Assembly (NCBI RefSeq): GCF_009834535.1
Contig: NC_045698.1
Location: forward strand, 10,418,001 to 10,482,000
Source: Camelus ferus
Taxonomy: Eukaryota
Length of the DNA stretch: 64,000 bases
Direction of reading: 5' to 3'
The notes beneath the pieces are model-generated. The model ran no database searches. It had not been told where the DNA came from and was given only the letters and a program-made list of their open reading frames with translations. Made by a program: the position numbers and the translations under genes. Positions 1 through 12,600 of the stretch are shown here, piece by piece (the first letter of the stretch is position 1; the number at the start of each line of letters is the position of its first letter).

Positions 1-906
1 CAACATTTGTTTTACCAAGTGCATATCTGGATCCACATTGTAAAAGCCTTGTTGTAAGCGTATAATCCGTATCTGTCTGCTGTGAGACACGCATCATTAG
101 GACGGCTAGCCGTGTGTCGCATGCGTCTCTGCCGTCCTTAATATGAAGCAAGGTTCATATTACCTCCCTTCTAGTTTCCAGTAAATTAATGGTGCACGTA
201 ATCTGCAAACACGCCGTGTTTGCTAATTACTGAAACTTGAACTCAGTAGCCCCTCCCCAGATCCCTTACCTGTCCACCCCTGTACACCCTGGCTCTGGCC
301 GTAAATGGCATCTGATAGCTTGTGAGGCCACAGATCTCCTGTCCTCTGCACTAATCATTGGGGAAATGGATGGCACAGAAAATGGTGAGCTTGTCCCCCT
401 CTTCCCTGTCTGGTCAGTGCTCCGGGTTCCTTTCCTTTTCCTGTTGCTTTCTTTTAGCCCCGTCCATGCAGTAAAGCCATTTTTAGTATCCTATTTTGTT
501 TCCCAATTATTTAAAGGGTTCACTCATTCACCTTCAGGCCTTTCTCTCTTCCGTTGATCAGATTCTCCATTTTTTCCCTCCTTAGCCAGTAGCCCAGCCA
601 GCAGTGGCAAAAGTTAGAATTTTCCCATGCCTCTTTGAAAAATGTTCTGATGGTACATGACTGCGGATTAAAAACAGACTTTGTCTGCTTTCCACATGTG
701 TCCCAGACAGGTCTTATTTAATATTTCATGTCAGAGTATTGTAAATTTTAAAAGATGGCTTTAAATAAATGCAAACAAAGACAAACTTGTGGTCGTTTTG
801 TCTGGAATTACTTTTAAGAAGAGAATAAGCTTGCAGGAGAAATTTCTGTCTGTCCGGTGACTAACATGGGCATTCCCCTCCCCGTCTCTCTGACCTTCCT
901 CCGCAG

Positions 907-1002
907 GCCTCCTCCCGGTTGTTGGTCCGCCCCACCAGCTCCGAAACGCCGAGCGCAGCCGAGCTCGTCAGTGCGATTGAGGAGCTCGTGAAAAGCAAGA
1001 TG
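907..1002 (+). CDS. TRIO: TRIO coding exon (~human exon 37), linker before GEF2; gene continues upstream of the window
   Basis: ccgcag|GCC...AAGATG|gtaagg; 96 nt; [32 protein letters not shown]. Confidence 0.96.
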
Positions 1003-1074
1003 GTAAGGCTGCCCAGAGGCCTGGTCCGAGGGCTGGAAGGTGCCCCAGGTGCCGCCTGCTGGTGGGCCTTCCCT

Positions 1075-1640
1075 TGTCCACGGGTGGCTCTTGTCTGCAG
1101 GGTGGAGTTCAGAGCCCCCAAGCCCACCCTCGCTTCTGACCAACCACAGGTTTAAAGATCCCCAGGACCAGTCTCAGGTTCAGTAAGTGGCCTGAATGGT
1201 TCACAGAACTTAGAGAAGCCACAGTGGCGGTTCATGACCTGTGAAAGGATGCAGCTGAAAATCAGCCAGGGAGGAGGTGCAGGGGCAGGTCTGGGAGAGT
1301 CCAGATTCGGGCTGCCCTTGTCCTCTTCTGGTAAAGTCCCGTGAACAGTGCTGACGATACGTGCAGAACATTGCAGACCAGAGATGCTCCTCCGAGCCTC
1401 AGTGCTCAGAGTTTTTATCTGGGCTCAGTCACATACACAAGAGTGACCACTTATATGGCTCAGCCCTGTCCCCTGCCCCTCCAGAGATCAAGATCTCACA
1501 TGGCCCAGAGCCCCCCTCAAAAGTCACATTGTTAGCATAGACTGTCTTGGCCCAAGACCCCCAGCTAAACAGAGACATCATCAAGCAGGACATTCCAAGG
1601 GCATAGAGGGACCTCCCGGGGGCCAAGATCAGCCCTTCCT
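1075..1640 (-). mobile_element. old LTR fragment, MER21/MER68-like
   Basis: cttctgaccaacc...ggttcacagaacttagagaagcc resembles the MER21-like element at 54.5-55.4 kb; ends approximate. Confidence 0.55.
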
Positions 1641-2485
1641 CGCACCCATATCGTCCTCAGTGCTGGCATCATCCTAGCCCGTGTGGTCAGCTCCAGTCTT
1701 GTCTGGAGGTGTGCCCAGGGTCGGTGGTACTCACAGATGGCCGCCGCAAGTCTCTTGCTGTCTCTGAGATCTTTCATTTGGATTCGCAGTGTGTAAAAGA
1801 GAAGGGTTTGCCTTGCTATGTAAGGGCTTATTTTGTTAGTGACGTCTCTATTGCCAGTTGGTCAGCGTGGATTCATTTAATAAAAGCCCCAAATCAAATG
1901 TTGATTTTTTTGAAGTTAGGTATGCATTGTTCCTAGTTGATTCAAATCCATAAATTTCTGTGTTCCTTTAGTTTTCCTGTGAAATAGAAAAACGAGCAAT
2001 GGTAACAGCTTTTTAGACTAGTGTGTCCTACTGGCCTGCTGCATCTTTTACAAGTCACCCCTCCTACAGTAAAGGCCCTCGGCCTCTCCCACATTCCCTT
2101 CTCCAGAGAGAACCACTGTGAACAACTTGCTGTATTTCCCTCCAGACACTTTCTTTTTAGGTGCAGGTATATATCGGGGGCGGGTGCATCTGCGGGCTTT
2201 TTCTTTCAAAATGGATTCATTTGATTTTTAAGATTCTAAGACTTAATGTGTCTTGAGGATCTCCTCACATCAGTATGTATAGATTCAGCTCTATCTTTTT
2301 AATAGCTTATATCATATTCCATTACACAGATGCAGCAATAAAAATACCATTATACTATAATTTATTTAAATAAATTCCTATATATATATTTCTCAATTTT
2401 CACTGTTATAAGCACACATTTCTTATGTCTGTGATTATATCTGTAGGTAAGTTTCCAGCATTGGAATTGCTAGATCGAAGGGTTT

Positions 2486-2680
2486 ACTATTGACCCTTCA
2501 ACAACATGGGTTTGAATTTCACGGGTCCACTTACACGCAGGTGTTTTCCAATAGCAGATAATACAGCACGGCACAACCTGCAGCTGGTTGAACCCTCTGA
2601 CACAGAACCATAGATACAGAGGAACCATGCATGCAGAGGGTCTGCATCCCAACCCCAGCATCGTTCAAGGGTTAGCGGTA
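2486..2680 (+). mobile_element. Tigger2-family (TcMar) MITE inside an old antisense L1 fragment
   Basis: ttgacccttcaacaacatgggtttgaa...gggtccactta start and gttcaagggttag end form degenerate TIRs. Confidence 0.7.
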
Positions 2681-3594
2681 CTTCCTTAAAGTTAGGAGTG
2701 TATCTTCCTTTGCCAGTAGTAACTGGGTACCTCTAATGAGGCTGGTTGACTAGGTCAAGGGGAAACTGTACCTAAAATTCAGACAGGTATTGCTGTGCTG
2801 TAGCTAGAATGCCCTCCAGGTGGTAGTCTGTGCTGTGGTCTGAGAAGGATGCAGTGGGCTCCCAGGTTAGACAGGATGTTAGACTGAAAGGCTGCTAGGA
2901 CTTGGTAGATAAACCAAGATCTTGATTCTACTGGTCAAAAATTTGTGATCATGTTAGTATGCACTTAGCTAAACCACATCCTGGCTGTGTCTTTGAGAGA
3001 CAAGTTGATTAATGGTCTAAAAAGACACTAATTATACCTAGTGATTTTTTTAAGCATCCTTAAACATTTTAGAAACAACCATTTGCACATATTATATGAC
3101 CATTAAAATCATTTTTATCTACTAATTGAATTGGTTTTCCCATGAACTGTTGGGAATCATGTGAATCATGTTAATACCCTCTGCCCTGTCCTGCTCCCCG
3201 TGACTGAGAGACTCCCGCACGTCTCACCGTGTGCTGTGGACCCTCAGTCATCCTGCTTGCTTTCCTGTGGGCCAGCTCTTAGGCTGTCACACCTTCATAA
3301 TCGGATTTGACCGTGTTGCACTGGGGAGGGGGAGAGGCGAGGGTTCTACTGTTGTGCAGTCAGTGTCCCAGGAACTGAGTCTCCTTACCCTGAACCCTGA
3401 GGATTCTGCCTGAAGAGGAAAAACCACCCTGCAGTCCTTTCCCTGGGACTTGCTCCTCTCTCTACCCACACGTTCCTGATCAGTGTTGAAAGGCACTGGC
3501 TTTCCTGAGCACCAGCCGCGGGGCAGGAGTAGCCGGCGGCCACGGTGACCGTTTGATTTGACTTTGGGGCTTGCTCCTCTTCGTTGGCCTCAAT

Positions 3595-3775
3595 ACGAAG
3601 GGAGATACAAGAAAGAATGAAAATAAACAAAATAAACATCTAACTCAAAGTATTAGAAGAAAAACAAAATTTTTTTAAAAAGTGAAAGGAATGAATTCAT
3701 AGAGATAAAAGCAGAAATTAAAGAGTTGGAAAACAAAAATAGTAAAATAAGAAATAAAACGCAAAAGTTCCTTCT
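3595..3775 (+). mobile_element. old L1 ORF2 fragment
   Basis: A-rich agagataaaagcagaaattaaagagttggaaaacaaaa typical of L1 ORF2 5' part. Confidence 0.5.
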
Positions 3776-4879
3776 TTCAAAATGTACACTGCATGAATGG
3801 ACTTGGGTCCCCAAAGCTGTGCTTAGTGATGATGTCAGCTTCAGCCTGTTACTCTTAAGGGGGGGAACGGGACAAGTATTAAGAGGTTTTAATTTGATGG
3901 GAAATAGTAAGTGTTCTTGTAGCTTTTATTGGGCTTTTTATTTAAAGATAAATAAAGATGGTTCAGATGTTGAAATGCTTCTTGATCACCTCTGTATGTC
4001 CAGCTGGGGTGCTTTGGAAATTTTAAAAGTACTAGTACCTGTACCCCTAGGAGCTTTGTAAATTCAGGTTAAGAAAGAAAATTAATTAATATGTACCAAT
4101 TAGAAAGTAATCAGTCACACTAATCATTGTCACACTAATCCAGGGAGAAGAGTCATCAGTAGTCAGCTAAGAAGATTTGCTTGAGGTTCTGCAGAGGCTC
4201 TAACAATGAAAACAGTCACCTGCAGAAACTAAAATCCAGGGGGGAGACAGAGTTTTGGATAAGTGAGGCCAGCATGACAACTACTTCCTACAGAAGAAGG
4301 AAGTGTGAGTGTCACAGAGAGATCAATTTTAGCTGGGTGATCTGTGTGTACTAAAGGATGTCGAGGCTTCATGAATAATTAAGAAACAAATAATTTGCTT
4401 GAATTAAAATATAGGCTGCTGATATTGCTACATAGCCTACCAATAAGTGATGTGGGCAGTGTGCTGGGGGAAGCCCGCCCGATCCAGGCGACTCCACAGC
4501 TTCTGAAATGGTCATGATCTCACGTGGTGGGAGTGTACCTGACAAGAAAATGGCTAGATCTGAAATGGGTCTGGGGCTGTGATGTAAGCCAGCTTGTACT
4601 GTTTCTAATTATTTGGTAACCAGGAACAGAATCTGTTAACATACAAATTCACTGTCCTTTTCATCTTAACTTTCCTCTTTTGTCCATCTCCTCTTACTCA
4701 GTTTTTAAATTAGTGCTCGGGGTTTTGTTATTAAATACTATGTGATTTTACAAACATGGATTCTGTAATGTCACAGTCAGGCCCCCTGTATTTTCTGACG
4801 TATGAGATTTTCTTGCCCTAATTTCAGCCTCATGGACCGTGTGGGCAGGAAGTGTGACTGTTGATCTGGTTTCTTCCAG

Positions 4880-5028
4880 GCGCTGGAGGATCGACCCAGC
4901 TCCCTCCTTGTCGACCAGGGAGACAGTAGCAGCCCCTCCTTCAACCCTTCTGACAATTCCCTTCTCTCCTCCTCCTCGCCCATCGATGAGATGGAAGAAA
5001 GGAAATCGAGCTCTTTAAAGAGACGGCA
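4880..5028 (+). CDS. TRIO: TRIO exon ~38
   Basis: ttccag|GCG...CGGCA|gtaaga; 149 nt; [49 protein letters not shown](H). Confidence 0.96.
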
Positions 5029-6088
5029 GTAAGACAAACATTTTTGTTGTCATTGTTTGGCGGCTTTCCTCCTGTCTGTCATCTTCAAAGCTGTGACTGG
5101 GGTGCATGTCTGAGTCAGCACAAGGAAGAGACCTGGGGTCTCTCGCTGAGGGATTGTGCAAGTGGTCGCAGGGTACTCAGACCCTCGGGGAGGCACAGTA
5201 AGCCCTAGCTGCAGTTTCTCGTGTTTCATTTGTGTATTTTACTGTATTCATAAGTCAGAATGACACAAGAATATCTTCTGGTAAGAAACCACTATACATT
5301 CTATCATATACGTAGTTGTGAAGAAAAAGAAAGCAACGTAAAATTAAATACAGTCCCCCAAACTTGAATACTTTTCAAACATACCTTAGTGGTAGAATTT
5401 TTTAGTTCTGTAAAGCAGCTTGTAGTGAAAAAAAAAAGCCCTGAAAAATATTATAAAAGGTTTAAAATTGCATTTGGAGAAGAGACCTGGTTTTATTGAG
5501 GGCTGTATGATGTCGCGCACATAGGTGAGCCTCATCAGTGCTGACTGAATGAACAAACCTTTACAGGCCAATTGAGGTGGTTTGCTGTACCTGATCAAGT
5601 AATTGTCTTATATTACCTGTGTGGCTGTAAACAGTTACTGAACCTTGCAAAAAGAAACTTCTAAATGATGTGATCAGACCCAAGGCTTTAGACATCTGGG
5701 TTACTTTTTTTTTTTTTGTATGTCCAATGAACCTTTGAATGACTTAATCATTAAAACACAAAGGAGCAAGAAACTTGCTTCCTTTAACATCGTGCCTTTA
5801 CAACAAAGTTACATCTAAACTTCTCTCGGTCATCACACTTGTGCTGAGTCCACACTGGATGCGAGATGTCTCGTGACTTCAGCAGCTCCCATGGGTCACC
5901 CATGTGAACCTGTGAGTGACTCGGGACACACAGGAATTGGAGACCCAGTTGTGCAAGTTTGATAGGTTACTACACCATCCCTGCAGAAATCTCATCTGAT
6001 AAGAACAAAAGAGCAAAATAATTCTTTTAGAAAATTTCTTAGCATGGATTGTAAACACTGCTTTTTCTCTTTTTTTTTTTTTTCCCAG

Positions 6089-6155
6089 CTACGTTTTGCA
6101 AGAATTAGTGGAGACAGAGCGTGACTATGTGCGGGACCTCGGCTATGTGGTTGAG
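6089..6155 (+). CDS. TRIO: TRIO exon ~39, start of DH2 (RhoGEF) domain
   Basis: long T tract, cccag|CTAC...GAG|gtatgt; 67 nt; [22 protein letters not shown] (DH CR1 motif). Confidence 0.97.
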
Positions 6156-7485
6156 GTATGTGTTTTCAGAGATTTAATAACCTATAACAGCCCTAAGAGT
6201 TGTCATAGGGGTATCATGCTGGAGAATTGAATGCTAATACCGTCTCAAAAGCTTTAAAAACATTTTCGACGAAAACAAAACACAGTAACAACAACCAATA
6301 AAATATTTCTGAGAAATCAAATTTAGCCAGTTACCTCAACAATCTGTCTTCACTTTGAAAGGCTTTTTTCTTGGCATGGTACATCTTGACATAGTCTCTT
6401 TTTTATAATTCAGTTTGTAAATATTGTCTCCAACCATTGAATTTATTATATGGAAATCTTGCCTTTAATTATTTTCAAGAGTGGGTACCACCACAGAAAT
6501 GAGAATATCATTGGTTGAAACGTCATTGTGGCAACTTCTCCATCCACCTGGTTCAGAGCTTGGTCTGTGGCTACTACCCCAGGCCATTTGCTTGTAGTTT
6601 TCACAGAACGAATGTGTCACCACTTGCATTGACCAGAAGTTGCTATGCACTTTGTAGCTATAGCAAAACTTCTGCCTTTCATACTAAATCGAGGACCATC
6701 TCTAGGTTTATCCTACCATCAAGTTCAGGGCATAATCATACTAATAAACTCAACTCATCAAAAAGCAATTTTTGTAATAAAAATCTTTATCACTTATTCT
6801 TTCAGCTTTGCTGATATGTACAGGGCAGTACTTTCTAGATGTACATTCCATTAAAAGTAATGGCTATTACAGTTACTTCTATAACATAATAGATTAAACA
6901 TGCTTATTCTATCTGCAGTTCATTACTAACAATAAAATAAGTAACTTGAAAACTTCAGAGGTTCTTATACAGACTGAATCCCATTTTGAGTTACAGAGAA
7001 GTTTTAAACCACATTTTGGCAACCTAGTTAATCAACTGATGTTAAAAATCAATTTGTGAAAAGTATATTGTTAAATCCTTATTTAACAAATTATGTAAAT
7101 CTAAAAAGAAAAGAAAGTCTGTTTATATCAGATAAATACTGACAGCAAAGGAAACATGCTTCTGGACAAATATTTAATATTTACAAGCTGACAAAATAGT
7201 TTTATCAAACCATTTACATTTACTTAAACTTTCCAGGTCCTTAGAAGAGTTTTGACCTGTGAATACTAAACAGTTCAGGGCATGAAAATCATGGCAATGA
7301 ATGTAACTATATTTCAAGTGCCAGTTGAGAATACATTTCACAAAGGGTTTTTGTTCTTAAATAAAGAATTGGTTTACAAGACAGGCACAGGTCTGTTTTA
7401 TCCTTTATGACCGCCAATCAGTAAGCCGTCACTTGACTCAAACATGTTCAGTGAAATCATCTTATTTTTAAATCTTTCATTTTAG

Positions 7486-7589
7486 GGCTACATGGCACTT
7501 ATGAAAGAAGACGGTGTTCCCGATGACATGAAGGGGAAAGACAAGATCGTGTTTGGCAACATCCATCAGATTTACGACTGGCACAGAGA
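7486..7589 (+). CDS. TRIO: TRIO exon ~40, DH2
   Basis: tttag|GGC...AGAGA|gtacgt; 104 nt; [34 protein letters not shown]. Confidence 0.97.
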
Positions 7590-8727
7590 GTACGTAAAAC
7601 ACATGCTGTGTGCGGTGGCATGCACTGCGTCTTCACTCGCTCCGCTGCCTCGTGGCAGGCACATGGTGAAGGATATTTGTTGATTCGTTTCATGCCGTGA
7701 CCTGTGTGGCCTTGTGGACGTAGTTGGTGTAAAGGAACTAGTTCTGCATTGAGGACTTTCGTGGTTGCATTTTGTGGCAGGTGGAAGCCTCTCACCTTCC
7801 CCCTGCGGGTCCATCCCAGGCCCGTGCTGGGGGTGGCTAGAAGCCCAGGCACCCCGTGTGACTGCCTAGTCCTGACCCCCAGCCCTTTGCTTCCCCTTTC
7901 TGTGCCTCCATTCTTCATCTCCACAACCTGGGTCAGAGTGGTATCCACCCCCGGGACTGCTGTGAAGAGTGACTGACTTAATATAATACATGTGAGGTGC
8001 TTAGAACCACATCTCCGTGGAGTAAGCCTTAATAAGTGTTTCTGAGTAGAATTGCAGCCACGTCTTCAGTGAATACAAATTACTGTTAGAGGTTTTTTTC
8101 AAGTCAGTAAGTGATAATTCAGGTAGGCATACATCCTACCAACAAATACGGCCCAGAAGAAGTGAAGACAGTTTTGCTTCTGTGGTTATACCTAATTTTG
8201 ATCTTAAAGGGAGCTAATGTTTGTGACCTCAAAGTTGATTTTTACTATATTTGAGAAAATTTTACAAGGCTGGCACAGGTCGCATTCAGTATTTTGTATC
8301 TGTTATTATCCAATTTGAGCCTGTTAAAAATCACCATGGAAAGAATACGAAACTCACAGGTAAGAGGACCAAGTTTTTAAAAAGCAAAATGACCGATTGC
8401 TTTGAAACACTTATGTTTTTTTACCCTGTATTCAAATGAGATGTTACTGTTTGCATCATTTAAAAAACGAAAGTGAGACAAAAATGTTGATGCAAAGGAA
8501 GGGAAGGTTGCCAGTCAAGGGATGTCTCACTCTGCCTTGCCTTTTTAAACTGTCCCCTTTTGCTTTCTGTCCTAACAATGTTTTCAGTGTGCATTGTATT
8601 TGTTAAGTATATACTTTACACTTCCCAATGACTCGTGTCAAAACAGGCTATTTGGAAAATATACACCTCAATCTAAAATTGGAAGGCCAAATTGGAAATG
8701 GGTCTCATATTTCCCCTCTCCTTTCAG

Positions 8728-8797
8728 CTTTTTTTTAGGAGAGTTGGAGAAGTGCCTTGAAGATCCAGAAAAACTGGGATCCCTTTTTGTTAAACAT
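8728..8797 (+). CDS. TRIO: TRIO exon ~41, DH2
   Basis: tttcag|CTT...AAACAT|gtaagt; 70 nt; FFLGELEKCLEDPEKLGSLFVKH. Confidence 0.96.
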
Positions 8798-9189
8798 GTA
8801 AGTACAATAGCAGGATTTACTTCTGCTCTCTATTGTCATACTTAGTCATTGGTTTGCCACATTAAAGGAGAACACGCTTATAGTTTACAAAAATGCTTAT
8901 ATTAAGAATAAAATAGAACTGTACAGTGTCAGCTGGTTGGAATTAAAATCCCCCGTTGCTCTTCTACATGTAAATGGCCTGCTTTCCTGGTCATCTGGCC
9001 TCCAGTGGGCTATTTAGCTCACGAACGGTACAGGATGGTCAGAAGGGGACCAGAGCCAGACCAGAAGCGGGAACATTTGGGGATGTCTGTGGGCAAACAG
9101 GTGTCCGGTGCAGATGGTGATGCACCTAGATGTGCAGTGGGTTCAATACAGTAGCCAAATATATGTGTAAGTAACTAAAATGAGTGTGT

Positions 9190-10345
9190 TAATGGTTAAA
9201 TTTTTTTTTAGGAAAAATTACTATATTTTCAAAAAAATAGTGACCAGAGTTTTTGTATTTTTGCAGATCTCCTTAATGTGTGGCTTAATAGAAGAAAGAT
9301 GCATTTTTATATGTATTTCTGTATTGAACCTACTGTCATATGTTTTTTAGTTAAAATTTATGGGGAAAAAAATATCCTTACACAGATATTTGATGGGAAA
9401 GGGATGAGTATTTTAATAGCCTTTTCAGATAATTATAGACAGTTTTCTTAGATACTACACAAAAACTCAGCAAGTGATCATTTCTTAAAGGTCAGTTGCA
9501 ACATGGAACCTGAAAACCCACTGGTGAACCTCTCCCTTGCTGTTACACTAAGTCATTGGACTGTCTCTCGCGTAAAGGCTCCTTCACCCCTGCGCCAGCT
9601 TGCAGCTTCCTGCACTGGTCTGTTGGAAAATACTGGTTCACGGATTTAGACACATCTTCCAGATGTTGAAACATTTCAATAAACAGTATGGAAAAATCAG
9701 ATTTGTTCACATCACCACGCATCTCTCCAGAAAAGTCTTTAAGTATCGTCAAGTACAAGGTGGCAGATCCATGTTTTCCAAAATTCTAATTTTTTGCTTG
9801 AAAGCTCAAATTTTCATTATTAACAGACATTGCCAGTTGTTTGCCTTAAAACAGCAGGCTCTTTTGTTCCTGTTCAGGGAAATGTCTACCCCATACCCAC
9901 GTGTAAATAATTAGACTTTGTGTCCATCATTCTTTCAAGTAAAAATGGTGGTCCACGGAAACAAGCCGTCGGTTCAGGTCACAGCTCAGTCCCACGAGTG
10001 CATGGCCTTGGCTACTCTCATACACGGCAGAAGTGTCACGAGGACCTCTGTCTTGTCACAGGAATGTTAAAAAGATGTCTACTACTTGGTGGTTGAGTTT
10101 TATTAAAACGGCTTTTTATTCCTTCATCAAGGACATTCTCAGGTGAAGGTGGCATGTGAAGGGCATTTGCTAAGCTGCCTGCCGTTTCTCCTACCGCTGG
10201 TTTCGCACATCAGTGCAAATGGTAGCACAGTGGAGAGGGCAGGTGACAAAATAATAGTATTATTTTGAAAATAGTTTTGACCTAATGGATCCCCAAAGAG
10301 CCTCAGGTACCCCAGGGGGTGCCCACCACACTTGGAGGATCACAC
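9190..10345 (-). mobile_element. Charlie1-type hAT DNA transposon fossil
   Basis: gagtattttaatagccttttcagataatt, ccatgttttccaaaattctaattttt and terminal gaaaatagttttgacc...accacactt; decayed transposase on the minus strand (ORF 9543-9758). Confidence 0.8.
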
Positions 10346-10738
10346 ATTAAGGGATATCTCACTGTCTACTTCCTCCCTGCCTTCAGGACTTGAGATTAAG
10401 AGCTTTTTCCAACCTACCAAAAAGAGCCAGGCTTCCTGGGACCATTGGCGGGGATTGAAGGGGTGGGAGTGATGCTTGGTTTAATATTAAGCCCTGTGTC
10501 CTTTCATTGCCTCTGGTGTTTGCTGGGGAAAGCGCAGGGTTTGATGTATCTGAGGAACGATAATGAAGGACTGTTTTTGGAGCCAGAAAGCAGAATGTCC
10601 ATCCACATCATGAATCTGGAATGTGCTCCCAAGAGTCTAAACCGTGCGGTTTTATTTGAAGCACAGTTCCTTTATGAATGAGCTGACATGCGCACGTGCT
10701 CCTCTGTTCTAACCCAGCTGTTTGCCTTTCATTCCCAG

Positions 10739-10828
10739 GAGAGAAGGTTGCACATGTACATAGTTTATTGTCAGAATAAGCCAAAGTCCGAGCACATCGT
10801 CTCAGAATACATTGATACTTTTTTTGAG
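10739..10828 (+). CDS. TRIO: TRIO exon ~42, DH2
   Basis: cccag|GAG...TTTGAG|gtaaga; 90 nt; [30 protein letters not shown]. Confidence 0.97.
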
Positions 10829-11399
10829 GTAAGAACTAAGTTAGAATCTTTTGCTAACAGTTGATTTCCAAAAATTGAAGTATTGTTTGTTTCCCAGGAG
10901 ATTAAGCAATCATCCAGAAAGTTAGCCTCAGTTATGAGTTCTGAACCTGTATTTCCCTCCTAGAAGTCAGAGAAATGAGTGTGAGTTCAAGCTATGATTG
11001 TATCCCTTAGCATTCAGAGGACTAGGGTCCTGGTTAAAGTAAGGGTTTTTTATTAAATCAGTTTCAAACTTAAGACTCATTACAAACCCAGAATAATTTA
11101 TGATCTAAACTTTTAGCCTGGAAATAAAAATCCTTATATGAATAAAAGGAAGCAAGTGAAAGAAGGCCTTTTAAAGCAAGTGTGGCAGACCATTTTGGGA
11201 AACAGCTCAGAAAGGTTCAGGTGTCAAACTTGGACGTTCTGAGCCATCGCATGGCACTGGTTGGCTGTGTGCAGTGTGACCTCTTTCCTGGTTACTTCTA
11301 CCATGGTGTCGTTAGCATTCCTGACAATGACAGGCACTGAAAACAACTGCCTTTTAAAAGACAGCACTGAAGATCCTTGTTTCTCCTTTGAAACCACAG

Positions 11400-11492
11400 G
11401 ACTTAAAGCAGCGCCTTGGCCACAGGCTGCAACTCACAGATTTGCTGATCAAACCAGTGCAGAGAATCATGAAGTACCAGCTGCTGCTGAAG
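11400..11492 (+). CDS. TRIO: TRIO exon ~43, DH2
   Basis: cacag|GAC...CTGAAG|gtgagg; 93 nt; [31 protein letters not shown] (DH CR3 motif). Confidence 0.97.
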
Positions 11493-12209
11493 GTGAGGGC
11501 TGGCCGGGTCGCAGCCGGTGGCGGGAGGGCGAGACTTGGGGGCAGGGAGGCTTTGGCAGGTGACAGGGATATTTCTGTAAAAAATATGAGACAGTCTTGT
11601 TATTCCTGATTTTAAATATTCCAGAGTAAACTTTTTTAATTGAATAAAACACCTTACACTATTTCCTCAATGTTTTCATTGACGTGAGGTTCTGAACCAA
11701 AATGTCAGTGAAAGTGAACGTTTCCCCCCCCACGGGTCTTTGATACTAACGAGATTTCTTTGGCTCCATCCACCTTACATGTTTTCTCATCTTCTTGGCA
11801 CTTCCGATCAAATTAAATGTTTAATCCCTGCGCGTTCCTCTGTCAGTTCCACAGTAGCCATTGATTGATTCAGGTTCCTAAGCACAGCTGAGGGCAGAGT
11901 CACACCATTTTCCATGATAAAAGTGACTGTTTAAATATATTGCAATTCCTTCATGTATAAAACTTGGAACCTGGATGTAAAGAGAGATGGGGGCTTGTCC
12001 TGGAGTCAGGCGGCAGCCGTGACCTGCTTGGATAGATCTGGTCTGACTTTGCTCTGCTGAAGCTTGAAGTCCACATAAGAATCCCTTTCCTGTGTGTTAC
12101 TGGGAGGTAAAGATGAGGACATGGGCCTGGCACGTCATGCGTGATCAGAAAGGGGACTGCTGTTGTGACCGTCACCCTCGTCATGGCCTTCTCTCCATTT
12201 CCCTCGCAG

Positions 12210-12260
12210 GACTTCCTCAAGTATTCCAAAAAAGCCAGCCTGGATACGTCAGAACTGGAG
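12210..12260 (+). CDS. TRIO: TRIO exon ~44, DH2
   Basis: cgcag|GAC...CTGGAG|gtactt; 51 nt; DFLKYSKKASLDTSELE. Confidence 0.95.
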
Positions 12261-12522
12261 GTACTTACACCCCGCTGGGCCTCCAGGGTCTGCCCCGGCT
12301 CCCCAGCCCGTCTCTCAATTCCTACGTGTCTGAAGTAGCCCGTCCCTGGGAGGGAGGGATGGTTGCAGCGGGTGGTGGCGGGTCTCCCCATCCTGGACGT
12401 GCCCCTGCAAGCTAGAGGTGGGAGAGGGAGAGGAACTGAATGTGGGGGTGTATTTGAGGGCTAGCACACTTGCTTCGCCCCCGAGGAAGCGATCGCTCAC
12501 TCTGCTTTCCCCCGCCCCGCAG

Positions 12523-12600
12523 AGAGCCGTGGAGGTCATGTGCATAGTCCCCAAGCGGTGCAACGACATGATGAACGTCGGGCGGCTGCAGGGATTTGAC
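12523..12600 (+). CDS. TRIO: TRIO exon ~45, end of DH2
   Basis: cgcag|AGA...TTTGAC|gtaatg; 78 nt; RAVEVMCIVPKRCNDMMNVGRLQGFD. Confidence 0.96.

Noticed and set aside
5505..5550. C/D-box-like words ATGATG...CTGA
   Set aside because: Imperfect C box, too short and no terminal stem; no snoRNA supported.
6400..7400. AT-rich intronic block with short ORFs, possibly an ancient DNA transposon
   Set aside because: No family, TIR or protein motif I could identify; needs a Dfam search.
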